Source of the DNA: Candidatus Omnitrophota bacterium
GTDB taxonomy: Bacteria > Omnitrophota > Gorgyraeia > Duberdicusellales > 4484-171
Assembly (NCBI GenBank): GCA_024231025.1
Contig: JAAEQW010000006.1
Location: 236 to 64,235 of the forward strand
Length of the DNA stretch: 64,000 nt
Direction of reading: 5' to 3'
The notes below the pieces were generated by a model. That model made no database searches, had not been told where the DNA came from, and saw only the letters and a list, made by a program, of their open reading frames with translations. Below, piece by piece: positions 21,363 to 31,440 of the stretch. How positions within the stretch are numbered: position 1 is the stretch's first letter; every line of letters begins with the position of its first letter. The translations under genes were made by a program, and so were the position numbers.

Positions 21363-22235
21363 TTATTTTTTGTAAAAATCGTAAACCAACAAAGAAAGTT
21401 GAGCAATAAAGCTTTTGCCTTGCTTGTATCCTTTAATTCCTTTAGATAAAACACATATCATATAATCGCCGCTATCAGTAAAAACAATACCGGCATCATG
21501 TAAAATACCGCGCTCCAACCCAGTTTTATGCGCAACAATGGTATCTTTCGGCAACAATTTTGGAATACGATCGTTTACCTTTTGCTTTTTCAAAAGTGAA
21601 AGCGCCAACTCCGAAAGACGACGACTAACTAAGTGTTTATTATAAATCTTTTCCAAAAAAAAGGCAACATCATTAATATCTGTATAATTTTCAATGCCTT
21701 TTCGGCGACTCACAAAATCCATCATTGGTCGGCGTAAAATTGTGTTTTTACCCCCTAATTCTTCAATGCTTTTGTTAATATAATCGAAACTCAGCAAGCT
21801 GATTACCTTGTTAGTTGCAGTGTTATCGCTGCCCGCGACCATCGCTTCCAAAAGCTCATTAAAAGTAAACTCAACTGGCAGCTTCATTGCTTTAATCTTT
21901 CCTGAGCCACCAGTAATGTCTTTACGCTTGATGGTTATTTTTGTGTTTAGCGATATTTTTTGCTCCTTTACGCCTTTCAGCGCCGCAGACAAAATATGAA
22001 TTTTTACAATACTTGCCGCAGGAAACTTTTTATCACGGCCATAAACAAACTCTAATTTTGGATAAGTTAAATCTTTAATAAGTACCGCGCAATCTATGCC
22101 TGATTGTTTTATATACTCGCTAGCAGAATTTTCTATTTTTTTAAAGCTGTGGGCTCGCTTGAATCTAGTATAAATTGGAACACCGGCCAAAACCAGAACA
22201 ACACATAACCCAAGTATGGTAAGTTTCTTTTTCAT
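21363..22235 (-). CDS. Class A beta-lactamase-like serine hydrolase
   Basis: SIVK (SxxK), SDN and HKTG motifs; signal peptide. Confidence 0.85.
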   Translation of the reverse strand: MKKKLTILGLCVVLVLAGVPIYTRFKRAHSFKKIENSASEYIKQSGIDCAVLIKDLTYPKLEFVYGRDKKFPAASIVKIHILSAALKGVKEQKISLNTKITIKRKDITGGSGKIKAMKLPVEFTFNELLEAMVAGSDNTATNKVISLLSFDYINKSIEELGGKNTILRRPMMDFVSRRKGIENYTDINDVAFFLEKIYNKHLVSRRLSELALSLLKKQKVNDRIPKLLPKDTIVAHKTGLERGILHDAGIVFTDSGDYMICVLSKGIKGYKQGKSFIAQLSLLVYDFYKK

Positions 22236-22247
22236 ATTAAAAAAATT

Positions 22248-23714
22248 TTAGTGTTCTTTTGAAAAGTGCGCAAATAAATAACTGAGCAATGCCACAACTA
22301 TCAGCACCAACCATCCAAAACAGAAAATCGCCCACTGGGGATATCCTTCATAAGGCGTTCTAATATCCTGAATGAATGAATTAATAAGCAACGCTATAAG
22401 CAAAACTGGAATAACAAATTTTATTAATATGCTCCACCATTTCCCAATCTTCACGTCAGAAACACTATTAATATATTTACGTAATTTTTCCGCACCATAA
22501 AACCAACCAATCGCAATCGCTTCCAATAATCCAGCAATCACAAGTCCGTAATTTGTTATGAAATGATCAGTAATATCAAGATAATACAATCCAGCAAAGC
22601 TAGCAAAAATAATCCCACAACTAAAACCAATAACACAAACGTACAAAGAAATATCTTCTTTTCTAAGATCCGGATATTTATCATGGATAACCGTTGCCGC
22701 AGCTTCAACCAAAGAGAAAGCACTGTCAATTGCTAAAGTAACAAGCATAATAAAAAACAGCACCGCAAACACCGGCGCAAAAGGAATTAAAGATAGTGCC
22801 TTTGGAAAAACTATAAACGCAAGACTCGGCCCCGATGCAGCTAACTCAGAAATTGGCGTAGCACTTTTTGTTGCCATATAGCCTAAAGTTGAAAACACCG
22901 CAAACCCAGCCAGAATGGAAATTCCAGAATTCATTAATGATGTTATTATCGCACTTTTTGCAATATCGCTTTTTTCGTGTTGATAGCTTGCATAAGCAAT
23001 CATTATTCCAAAAGCTAAGCTTAAAGTAAAAAATATCTGACTCATTGCCGCCGACCATACTTCAAGATCCAACAACGCTTTAAAATTAGGTTTTAAATAA
23101 AAAATAATCCCATCCATCGCTCCCGGCAGGGTAATGCCACGAATAAGCAGGACAACCAGCAATATAATCGGCAGCGGCATAGTAATTAAAACAACTTTGC
23201 CTACGCTTTTTACGCCTTTCCAAACTGAGAAATAAACTAAAACCCAAGCAATAACCAAAGCAAGTATGATTTGTGGCGAAATAAATCCAATATCCGCTGG
23301 GCCACTGCTTAAGTGAAGTACCTTGTTAAAGAAAAAATCTTTTGTGTCAACACCCCACTTTAAGCTGAACGAATAAAATGTGTAAAGCAGCGACCACGCC
23401 ATAACAACGGCATAATAGCTAACCACAACAAAACCACATAAAACCGCACCAAGCCCAATACCAGAAAGTTTCCCGCGTATTTTGCCAAAAGAATTAACCG
23501 CACCAACTTGCATTTTCTGCCCAATTGCAAATTCCATAATCAAAAGTGGAACCCCAATGATTGCAAGCATTAAGACATAAGGAATAAGAAAAGCTCCTCC
23601 GCCATACTTCCCTGCCAAATAAGGAAACCGCCACACATTACCCAGCCCCACCGCCGAACCCACCGCAGCAAAGATAAATATCATTTTTGACGACCATCTT
23701 TGACGATCTTTCAT
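22248..23714 (-). CDS. Sodium-dependent transporter (NSS/SNF family)
   Basis: GSAVGLGNVWRFPY, GGGAFLIPY, QIFFTLS, GPSLAFIVFP. Confidence 0.93.
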   Translation of the reverse strand: MKDRQRWSSKMIFIFAAVGSAVGLGNVWRFPYLAGKYGGGAFLIPYVLMLAIIGVPLLIMEFAIGQKMQVGAVNSFGKIRGKLSGIGLGAVLCGFVVVSYYAVVMAWSLLYTFYSFSLKWGVDTKDFFFNKVLHLSSGPADIGFISPQIILALVIAWVLVYFSVWKGVKSVGKVVLITMPLPIILLVVLLIRGITLPGAMDGIIFYLKPNFKALLDLEVWSAAMSQIFFTLSLAFGIMIAYASYQHEKSDIAKSAIITSLMNSGISILAGFAVFSTLGYMATKSATPISELAASGPSLAFIVFPKALSLIPFAPVFAVLFFIMLVTLAIDSAFSLVEAAATVIHDKYPDLRKEDISLYVCVIGFSCGIIFASFAGLYYLDITDHFITNYGLVIAGLLEAIAIGWFYGAEKLRKYINSVSDVKIGKWWSILIKFVIPVLLIALLINSFIQDIRTPYEGYPQWAIFCFGWLVLIVVALLSYLFAHFSKEH

Positions 23715-23730
23715 ATAAATTCTCCAATAA

Positions 23731-23982
23731 AATTGCAGCCATCTAGGGTTATTCCCTAAATTTTATTGGCACTGAGGGTTCCGCCCCGAAGTGCCTGAAT
23801 AATACTTCGCCTTTAATTGCACCCATCTAGGGTTATTCCCTAAATTTTATTGGCACTGAGGGTTCCGCCCCGAAGTGCCTGAATAATACTTCGCCTTTAA
23901 TTGCACCCATCTAGGGTGATTCCCTAAATTTTATTAGCACTGAGGGTTCCGCCCCGAAGTGCCTTGATAAACCCTTCACCTT
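23731..23982. repeat. Three tandem 84-bp structured repeats in the NSS transporter leader
   Basis: Units start at 23731, 23815 and 23899; each has TAGGG/CCCTA and GGCACT/AGTGCC hairpins; third unit diverges at its end. Confidence 0.92.
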
Positions 23983-24002
23983 AAGCACCGCAATTTCGTT
24001 TT

Positions 24003-24011
24003 ATTATACCA
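24003..24011 (-). promoter_or_regulatory. Extended -10 promoter for the NSS transporter
   Basis: Minus strand TGGTATAAT. Confidence 0.55.
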
Positions 24012-24109
24012 GTTTTTTAGTGGTTTTAAATAGAAAAGGAAAAACGATTAAAGGGGGAAAACTCAAAAAAGGGAACGGTTCTATTTAATTGGTACCAGGT
24101 ACGCATTAT

Positions 24110-24143
24110 AAAAAAAACCGACCCCCTAAAATAGAGAGTCGGC
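24110..24143 (-). terminator. Intrinsic terminator after the vWA gene
   Basis: GCCGACTCTCTA-TTT-TAGGGGGTCGG hairpin followed by a T-tract on the minus strand. Confidence 0.75.
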
Positions 24144-24157
24144 TTAAACAATCTTAA

Positions 24158-26332
24158 CTATTTGACTAATAGCTCAGCGGTTTCAACGATCCTGATAAAC
24201 TCAGCTCGATAACCATTTTCATCAGCTCCCTTAGCGGTTTTTGCCCTAATTAATACCTGGCCATAACTTGCATTCGCCTTATGCTCCGAGTTTCTAAGCA
24301 ACATACCGAATTCAGCAACGCTAGAAGCAAAATTATAATTATTAGAAATTTCCCATTCTTGAGAAGCACTGACTTTATTGGTTATTAGCTTACTCACGTC
24401 TTCATCGGGTTTCTTGTAACGCAATTTAACGGTCATTAGGTCATCACTTTTGGCTACTGTAGTTTGCTGATAAGTTAGTGCATCGACTTTACCAAACTCT
24501 TCCTTAGAGGCAGCTGGTACTATCTCATAAAGTGCGGTTACGCGATGCCCTGCGCCCAATTCTCCAGCATCTTTTTTGTCATCATTGAAATCTTCTTTTT
24601 TAAGCATCCTGTTCTCATAACCAATCAAACGATAAGCCTTAACTTTTGATGGATTAAACTCAATCTGAATCTTTACATCTTTTGCAATTGTGAGTAGCGT
24701 TCCTGTTAGTTGTTTAACAAAAACTTTTTTGGCTTCTAGCAGGTTGTCAATGTAGGCATAATTACCATTGCCTTTATCAGCGATGCCCTCCATCTTAGAG
24801 TCTTTGTAATTACCTGCACCAAATCCTAAAGCAGTTAAGAATATACCTTTGTCGCGATTGGCCTCAATTAGCCTAACCATCTCAGCATTACTACTTGCTC
24901 CGACATTGAAATCGCCATCGGTAGCAAGAATTACTCGGTTGTTACCATCTTTAAGAAAGTTTTCTTCTGCAATCTTATATGCAAGTTTAATGCCTGCTCC
25001 ACCGGCAGTAGAACCACCAGCGGATAGATTATCGATTGCCCGAGAAATGCTTTCTTTTTCGTTACCTGGTGTAGAGTCAAGCACCATCCCTGCTGCTCCG
25101 GCATAAACAACAATTGACACTCTATCTTCTTGACGCAGTTGCTTAACCAGTAGCTTGAATGCTTGCTTTAATAAAGGTAGCTTTTGCGCATTGTTCATTG
25201 ACCCGGATACATCAATAAGAAAAACTAAGTTGTTTGACGGCACATCTTCCATTGGAACCTCTTTACCTTGCAAACCAACTAAAGCTAACTTATGATCACT
25301 ATTCCAAGGACAGATTCCAACTTCACTTATAATTGAAAATGGATCATCACCTGTAGGTTGTGGATACTGGTAATCAAAGTAATTAATCATCTCCTCAATT
25401 CGCACCGCATCCTTAGGTGGAAGCCTTCTCTGGTCCATGATGTAGCGACGAGTATTGGCATAGGATGCAGTATCAACATCAATTGAGAATGTAGAAAGCG
25501 GATTCTCAAGAGCCTCTAGAAAATCATTCTCATAAATTCTGTCATAGCCCTCGGTATTTGATTGTTCTTGGTAACCAAGACCATCTTCTGCGACTGAAAG
25601 ATTCGTAAGGCTCTGAAATCTCATGCCTGCATCAGAGAATGATGCCCCAAAATCTACGATTGATGTCTCGTATGGTACATAATTTTCTGCAGATAAATTT
25701 CCTGTTACTTTACCACCGTGTGGTACAATATGGCGGCTATCGCTTCGGTTTGTACTACCTTTAAAAACTATCGAGTCTTTTTTCAAAGCTGTAAAATCTT
25801 TCCAATTTTTACCCGACGCAGCCATAGAAACCTTAGGTCTTTTCGCAGAACCAAGTGAAAAAGCACCTGCAACTGGCTCTTTCTCATCGACAACAGCAGA
25901 ATAACCTTTTAGGTTGGATTTTTTGTTTTCACTGTCAAGGACTCCATTATCAACAATCCTCTGAGTAGAGCCTAACATCTTCCCCTGAAAACCTTTTTTT
26001 ATGAAAGTTTGAGAACCAACCATCACAAACACCAACATCATAACTAAAGCCACGGATCCGGCACTAATAAAAATTTTCTTTCTCATTGCCATCACCCCCT
26101 TATATTTATCACCTAAAAAATCCTGCTTAATTTTCTGCTCTAAATCCAGTGAGATTTCCTCATCTTTGTACGAAGGAAGAATATCTGACATTTTTTTCAG
26201 CTGTTGATAATAGTCATTGCAGTTTTTACAGCTTTTTAAATGCCCTCTTAGTGCCTCTCTTTGATTAAAAGAAACTTCTCCGTCAATATAAGCAGAAATT
26301 AACTTTTTCATCCCCAAACATGTAAACTTCAT
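24158..26332 (-). CDS. Zinc anti-sigma (ZAS) domain + TM helix + YfbK-like vWA domain fusion
   Basis: LISAYIDGE...HLKSCKNC; TM helix; STFSIDVDTASY, DVSGSM MIDAS, ATDGDFNVG; ATGA overlap with the sigma stop places the start at 26332. Confidence 0.88.
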   Translation of the reverse strand: MKFTCLGMKKLISAYIDGEVSFNQREALRGHLKSCKNCNDYYQQLKKMSDILPSYKDEEISLDLEQKIKQDFLGDKYKGVMAMRKKIFISAGSVALVMMLVFVMVGSQTFIKKGFQGKMLGSTQRIVDNGVLDSENKKSNLKGYSAVVDEKEPVAGAFSLGSAKRPKVSMAASGKNWKDFTALKKDSIVFKGSTNRSDSRHIVPHGGKVTGNLSAENYVPYETSIVDFGASFSDAGMRFQSLTNLSVAEDGLGYQEQSNTEGYDRIYENDFLEALENPLSTFSIDVDTASYANTRRYIMDQRRLPPKDAVRIEEMINYFDYQYPQPTGDDPFSIISEVGICPWNSDHKLALVGLQGKEVPMEDVPSNNLVFLIDVSGSMNNAQKLPLLKQAFKLLVKQLRQEDRVSIVVYAGAAGMVLDSTPGNEKESISRAIDNLSAGGSTAGGAGIKLAYKIAEENFLKDGNNRVILATDGDFNVGASSNAEMVRLIEANRDKGIFLTALGFGAGNYKDSKMEGIADKGNGNYAYIDNLLEAKKVFVKQLTGTLLTIAKDVKIQIEFNPSKVKAYRLIGYENRMLKKEDFNDDKKDAGELGAGHRVTALYEIVPAASKEEFGKVDALTYQQTTVAKSDDLMTVKLRYKKPDEDVSKLITNKVSASQEWEISNNYNFASSVAEFGMLLRNSEHKANASYGQVLIRAKTAKGADENGYRAEFIRIVETAELLVK

Positions 26333-26925
26333 CTTGCCTCCTCTATAAGGGGTAATAGATCCTTTCTTAATCTTTCCCTCCCCCGAAAAATAAGGACCTT
26401 CACCTTGCTTATAGTACAACTTAAAACAGAACTAATTTCCTGATAGCTTAGCTGCTGATACTCTCGCAGGATTAAAGCTTCTCGTAAATTAAGAGGAAGT
26501 TTGTTGATTGCTCTTTTTACGAACAAAGCGTTGTCGGATTTTTCAGCATTTTCATCAGGCAAATTCTTAAAATCGGGAATATCCCATTGTTTATATTCTT
26601 TATCGTTTTTATCCTGTTTACTCCAAATAAAAACGATTCTTTTCTTTTTTCGAATTATGTTAATGCAAACATTATGCGCAATCGTATAAAGCCAAGTTGA
26701 AAACTTTGCGCCTTTTTTAGGAGTGTATGAATCTTTCTTGTTGGTAAGAATGTAGAACGTTTCGCCAACAGCATCTTCGGCATCGGCCCGATTGTTTAAA
26801 ATGCGAAAAGCATAATTAAGAATCGGTTTTTTGTATCTTTGGAAAATCTCTTCTAATGCGTCTAGATTGCCTAATTTATAGTCGGTCATGAGTGCCTCGT
26901 CTGGTTTTTTCATTTCTTCTCTCAT
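26329..26925 (-). CDS. ECF RNA polymerase sigma factor
   Basis: DAED, FSTWLYTIAHN, LSYQEIS, VK..IFRGR. Confidence 0.93.
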   Translation of the reverse strand: MREEMKKPDEALMTDYKLGNLDALEEIFQRYKKPILNYAFRILNNRADAEDAVGETFYILTNKKDSYTPKKGAKFSTWLYTIAHNVCINIIRKKKRIVFIWSKQDKNDKEYKQWDIPDFKNLPDENAEKSDNALFVKRAINKLPLNLREALILREYQQLSYQEISSVLSCTISKVKVLIFRGRERLRKDLLPLIEEAR

Positions 26926-27001
26926 TAGCCCTTCGTCTTCCAGGGGCGCTCAGGATTAATCGGCTAACCCCTTGCTACTCTCGGGAAGTCTCATTAAGTT
27001 A

Positions 27002-27027
27002 AACGCATAGAAATTGAAAAAGTTACA
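27002..27027 (-). promoter_or_regulatory. Probable autoregulatory ECF-sigma promoter
   Basis: TGTAAC-16nt-CGTT upstream of the ECF gene, resembling the SigW/SigM-type consensus. Confidence 0.65.
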
Positions 27028-27028
27028 A

Positions 27029-27439
27029 CTATTTTCGATTATCCAGACTTTGGCCCATTTTTAGGTAGTAAATATCTGATTTATTATCTAAAATCACTTC
27101 TTCTTCTCGAATATCCACTATTTTATAGGGGCCGATTTGATCGCCAACGGCATACTCACGCCCATTAAAAATAGCGATCGGATCAGGCAATGTGGCTATG
27201 CTCTGAAGAACTATCGACTTTGATGACCTCTGCTCTTGGCTAACTAGCGTATCGTTTATGTCGTAAGTTCCTTTATCGAAATAATTATGATACTCCATTT
27301 TTGGGGAAGTTTCACTTGGAACTCTTTGCCGATAGCGTTTACCCACTATTTTGCTTAAAGCAACAATCAAGACCAAAACAATAGCAGCAGTTATGCAAGC
27401 TGTTGTTATCATTAGTATTTTTTTATCTTTTATGTTCAT
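27029..27439 (-). CDS. Membrane-anchored protein, GspB/MshK/PilP-like small beta domain
   Basis: N-terminal TM helix; AIFNGREYAVGDQIG..KIVDI.EEEVIL. Confidence 0.5.
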   Translation of the reverse strand: MNIKDKKILMITTACITAAIVLVLIVALSKIVGKRYRQRVPSETSPKMEYHNYFDKGTYDINDTLVSQEQRSSKSIVLQSIATLPDPIAIFNGREYAVGDQIGPYKIVDIREEEVILDNKSDIYYLKMGQSLDNRK

Positions 27440-27482
27440 CCCCTTAGACCTCCTTATGCAATTGCCACCAAACCATCAAGGT

Positions 27483-28145
27483 TTAATCGGCTTCATTCTG
27501 CCTTCTTTTATTTAGAAACTCTTTCATATCTTTTGGTAGATCGAGCTTTAAGTCAACTCTTTCTTTGCTGATTGGGTGAATAAAACTTAAAAAGAAAGCG
27601 TGCAGCGCCAACCTTTTGAAATTAATTGTAAAATTACGGCGAAGGGCATATTTGTCTTCACCCAATATTGGGTTACCGCATTCGGAAAGCTGAATTCTTA
27701 GCTGGTTTGTTCTTCCGGTTAAAGGACGCAATTCAACAACGCTAAAACCGTCAAAAAACATAATTTGCCGATAAATTGTTTTCGCAAGTTTTTCTTTCTC
27801 ACCAAAACGCCGGCCTTCTTTATCTAGAATATTACCGACTAAAACTCCTTTTTTCTTCTTCAGCCCTCCTTTAACAAAAGCAATGTATCTCTTTTGCACC
27901 TGCTGCTGTTTAAATTGACTGGCAATGTTTTTGTGTGATTTTTTGTCTTTAGCGTAAATCAGTAAACCCGTAGTTTGCCGATCTAAGCGATGACAAGGAA
28001 AAACATTCTCTCTTAAATTTTCTTTAAGCAGAGCGGTGAGAGTGTGCTTCTCCTTTTTTGGTGTAGGATGCACTAGAATTTTGGCAGTCTTGTTGACCAC
28101 AATTAAAAACTCATCGTTAAAAACTATTTCGTATGGATTTTCCAT
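27483..28145 (-). CDS. RluA-family pseudouridine synthase
   Basis: HRLDRQTTGL, TGRTNQLR, PILGEDKY, LALHA. Confidence 0.92.
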   Translation of the reverse strand: MENPYEIVFNDEFLIVVNKTAKILVHPTPKKEKHTLTALLKENLRENVFPCHRLDRQTTGLLIYAKDKKSHKNIASQFKQQQVQKRYIAFVKGGLKKKKGVLVGNILDKEGRRFGEKEKLAKTIYRQIMFFDGFSVVELRPLTGRTNQLRIQLSECGNPILGEDKYALRRNFTINFKRLALHAFFLSFIHPISKERVDLKLDLPKDMKEFLNKRRQNEAD

Positions 28146-28266
28146 TTAATAAATACCTTGTTTGAACATTTGAACAAATGAATCATCAAATAATATTCGT
28201 CAATACATTGCAAAAAGTAACGGAGGTCGCCTATTATCAGGTCTCGACTTGACCATCTGACCCTAG

Positions 28267-29433
28267 TTAATTATTGTGCTTTTGTGGAAATATTCCATCC
28301 ATTCCTTTTATGATTTCATCAAAAGGGACAATCTCAACTTTCTTATGCAGAGAGTAGCGTTTTTTGCCTGGGTAAATAACAGCAACTCGTGATAATCCCA
28401 AATCGTCTAAAGCTATGCGAATTGACGAAGTCATAACCGGAGCATCAGCACGCTTGATTTCTACACCATACATGCGTCCACCTCTGTTAAATACGAGGTC
28501 AATTTCTGCACCCTGATGCGTAGCCCAAAAATAAACATCATCCAGGTCAAGAAAACGAATTAATTGCTCAATAACGAATCCTTCCCATGACCCGCCACAA
28601 ATCGGATGCCGTAAAACCTCAGCCTCTGTTTTCAAGCCTAGCAGAGAATGCAAAATTCCTGTATCGCGGATATAAACTTTGGGAGACTTGACCTGGCGTT
28701 TCTTCATGTTTACATGCCAAGGCTGAAGTTGACGCACCATAAACACGCCAGTAAAAATATCTAAATATTTCCTGACAGTCGGCTCCGAAATACCTAAAGA
28801 CGATGCGATAGGCGCAGCACTCCATATCTGACTATGACTATTAGCAAGCATAGACCAAAAACGATGCAAAGTAACAGACGGTAAATCAATCCGCTGTTTC
28901 CTTAAATCACGCTCAAGAAATGTTTTAATAAAACTTTTAATCCAAGCAAAGCCATCCTTGTCATTTTCAGCTAAAAAGGATAACGGAAACCCTCCCCTTA
29001 GCCAAAGTCGAGAAGCTTTACCCCTACCGACTTCTGATAAATCGAAACCTCCCATTTCAATCAACTCCAATCTCCCGGCAAGAGATTCTGAAGATTGTCG
29101 TAAAAGATCATGTGAAGCACTACCAAGAATCAGAAACTTTGAAGGCAACGGCTTACGGTCCAAAAGAACACGTAAAACAGGAAAAAGTTCCGGTTTTTGT
29201 TGAACCTCATCAATAACAACTAAACCCTTTAAAGACTCAAGAACATTTTTAGGATTAGCCAAGGCTACAAGACTACTTTGATCTTCCAGATCAAAATAAT
29301 TGGGTGAGTCAATATCAACTAATTCCCTAGCCAATGTTGTTTTACCGCATTGACGCGGACCCAAAAGAGCTGTGGCCCGACTTCGCCTAAGTGCTGTTTT
29401 TATATGTTGAATATACTGAGGTCTATTAACCAT
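28267..29433 (-). CDS. AAA+ ATPase with C-terminal DUF4143/PD-(D/E)XK-like domain
   Basis: GPRQCGKTT, IDEVQ, SESLAGR, EIDL..VEIK. Confidence 0.88.
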   Translation of the reverse strand: MVNRPQYIQHIKTALRRSRATALLGPRQCGKTTLARELVDIDSPNYFDLEDQSSLVALANPKNVLESLKGLVVIDEVQQKPELFPVLRVLLDRKPLPSKFLILGSASHDLLRQSSESLAGRLELIEMGGFDLSEVGRGKASRLWLRGGFPLSFLAENDKDGFAWIKSFIKTFLERDLRKQRIDLPSVTLHRFWSMLANSHSQIWSAAPIASSLGISEPTVRKYLDIFTGVFMVRQLQPWHVNMKKRQVKSPKVYIRDTGILHSLLGLKTEAEVLRHPICGGSWEGFVIEQLIRFLDLDDVYFWATHQGAEIDLVFNRGGRMYGVEIKRADAPVMTSSIRIALDDLGLSRVAVIYPGKKRYSLHKKVEIVPFDEIIKGMDGIFPQKHNN

Positions 29434-29439
29434 ACCTGG

Positions 29440-29467
29440 AATATACCATGAAATAAGAAACTGTCAA
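29440..29467 (-). promoter_or_regulatory. Sigma70 promoter, probably leaderless transcript
   Basis: TTGACA-16nt-TATATT with a TG extension; ATG 6 nt downstream. Confidence 0.55.
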
Positions 29468-29653
29468 CTTCTTTTTTCATGGGAAATAAGTGGGGACGGA
29501 GTTAGTTTAACCGTTTTACTAGAGATGTCAATAAACTATTGGACTAACTCCACCCTCTTTTATTTCGTTGCAAATAATTCTGCAACATGGGATAATGACG
29601 CAAATAATATTAAAATCAGACCCAAATACAATTGATCAAAATAGTAATATACT

Positions 29654-30352
29654 ATGTTTAATACCCTAAAAGATCTATTTTTTCCCAGAATTTGCTTTAG
29701 CTGTAATACAAAAATACAAAACGGTTACATCTGTCAAAAATGCTTTGATAAAATAGACTTTATTACTCATCCAGCATGCCGATTATGTTCAAAACCGTTA
29801 AGCGACAACTCAAACCAATTATGCCAAAAGTGCTTTGGGCAAAACCCTCCCTACCATAGAATCATAAGTATCGCCAGCTACAAACCGCCGATAACCGAAC
29901 TAATCCATTTGTTCAAGTATAAAAACCACGACTACCTCAAAGAGCTACTGGCCTCAATAATGGTTTCCCGCTTAGAAAAAATCGGCTTTGAAATAAAGGA
30001 CTACTCTATGGTAACGGCTGTTCCGACTCATCTTGACAAATTGAAAGAAAGAGGGTATAACCAAGCTTCTCTATTAGGAAAAAAGTTAGCAAACCATTTT
30101 AAAATACCCTTCACAGATGATATAATCTATGGAAGGAAAAGTCGGCCTGCTCAGGTGAAACTTAAAAAAGCACAACGACAGACTGGCATAAAGGAAGCTT
30201 TTCAAGTAAAAAAGCAAATAAAGGGCGAAAACATAATAATCGTTGACGACATAGTAACAACCGGATCAACAATCACTGAATGCGCCCTTACCCTTAAAAA
30301 GGCAGGAGCAAAACGTATAACCGCTATAACCTTGGCAAAAACAATACTATGA
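29654..30352 (+). CDS. comF: ComF family amidophosphoribosyltransferase-like protein
   Basis: Double zinc ribbon, ERGYNQA, VDDIVTTGST. Confidence 0.9.
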   Translation: MFNTLKDLFFPRICFSCNTKIQNGYICQKCFDKIDFITHPACRLCSKPLSDNSNQLCQKCFGQNPPYHRIISIASYKPPITELIHLFKYKNHDYLKELLASIMVSRLEKIGFEIKDYSMVTAVPTHLDKLKERGYNQASLLGKKLANHFKIPFTDDIIYGRKSRPAQVKLKKAQRQTGIKEAFQVKKQIKGENIIIVDDIVTTGSTITECALTLKKAGAKRITAITLAKTIL

Positions 30353-31440
30353 AAATTATTAGAAATTACATTTTGAAAGATTTTTTCTCGGCGTTTATCT
30401 TCTCGCTTTTATCCTTAAGCATGGTAATGCTTTTAGGAAACCTAATGAAGATTTCCGATTTGGTAATACGCAAAGGGGTAAACATTTTTGATGCTCTCAA
30501 AATCTTCTCCTTCTTTCTGCCATACCTTCTGGGTTTTACTCTTCCATTATCTTTTTTAATGGGTGTTCTTTTAACGATGGGCCGCCTTGTTACCGACAAC
30601 GAAATCGTCGCAATCAATGTTGCCGGCATATCACTTTTAAAAATACTTCGTATTTTTCTGATGCTAGGAGTCATTTTCTCGCTGTTCCTTTTTATTCTTA
30701 ATGACCGCCTGATCCCAGATTTTCACTATCGCTATCGTAAACAAATGAAAAATATATACTCAAAAAACATAACCGCCATTATTGAACCAAGAGTGTTTTT
30801 AGAGGGCTTCGGGGACTTCATTATTTACGTATCCGATCGTGAGGGTAATAAACTAAAAAATATATTCATCTGGGAAACCAGCAAAAAGAAGGGTACCAGC
30901 AAGGTTACCTTTGCAAAACGGGCAGAATTTGTTAGTGAAGGCGATATTCTAAAAATGAAACTGGAAGAAGGATTTCGCGACGAGACTAGCCCTTCAGGCG
31001 GCAAAGAACTTTACCGCTTAAGCTTTAAAATATTCTTTATGGACATACCTATTGAACAAAAGAAAAACATAAAAGTCGAAAAAAAAGCATCTGATATGCG
31101 CCTGGGCGAACTGCGATCAAGATCAAAAGAATTAGAAGGAAAAGGAGTTGACGCAATAAAACTATCCGCTGAATTCCACAAACGAATCAGCTTCTCGTTT
31201 TCTATCATGGTATTCATCCTTCTGGGATTTGGCGTATCGCTGGTAGTAAAACATCGAGAAAAATCAATAAATTTTGGAATCGCCTTCCTAGCTGCCGGCG
31301 TTTACTATCTCTTATTCATTTTTGGAGAAACTATGGTTGAGTATCAAAAAATCACTCCACTCTTAGGCATGTGGCTGCCAAATATAATAATGGGTCTAAT
31401 CGGAAGTGTTTTGGTTTTAAGAAATGCGCATTTTAAGTAG
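30349..31440 (+). CDS. lptF: LptF/LptG family LPS export permease
   Basis: GRL..DNEI.A...G, EFHKR, WLPN; paired with the next gene. Confidence 0.85.
   Translation: MKIIRNYILKDFFSAFIFSLLSLSMVMLLGNLMKISDLVIRKGVNIFDALKIFSFFLPYLLGFTLPLSFLMGVLLTMGRLVTDNEIVAINVAGISLLKILRIFLMLGVIFSLFLFILNDRLIPDFHYRYRKQMKNIYSKNITAIIEPRVFLEGFGDFIIYVSDREGNKLKNIFIWETSKKKGTSKVTFAKRAEFVSEGDILKMKLEEGFRDETSPSGGKELYRLSFKIFFMDIPIEQKKNIKVEKKASDMRLGELRSRSKELEGKGVDAIKLSAEFHKRISFSFSIMVFILLGFGVSLVVKHREKSINFGIAFLAAGVYYLLFIFGETMVEYQKITPLLGMWLPNIIMGLIGSVLVLRNAHFK

Noticed and set aside
23731-23982. CRISPR array
   Set aside because: Units are identical along nearly their whole length, with no unique spacers and no cas operon nearby
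23731-23982. Canonical glycine riboswitch or T-box
   Set aside because: Only a short CGAAG..UCAGG resemblance; the GGAGA and T-box consensus elements are absent from the repeat units
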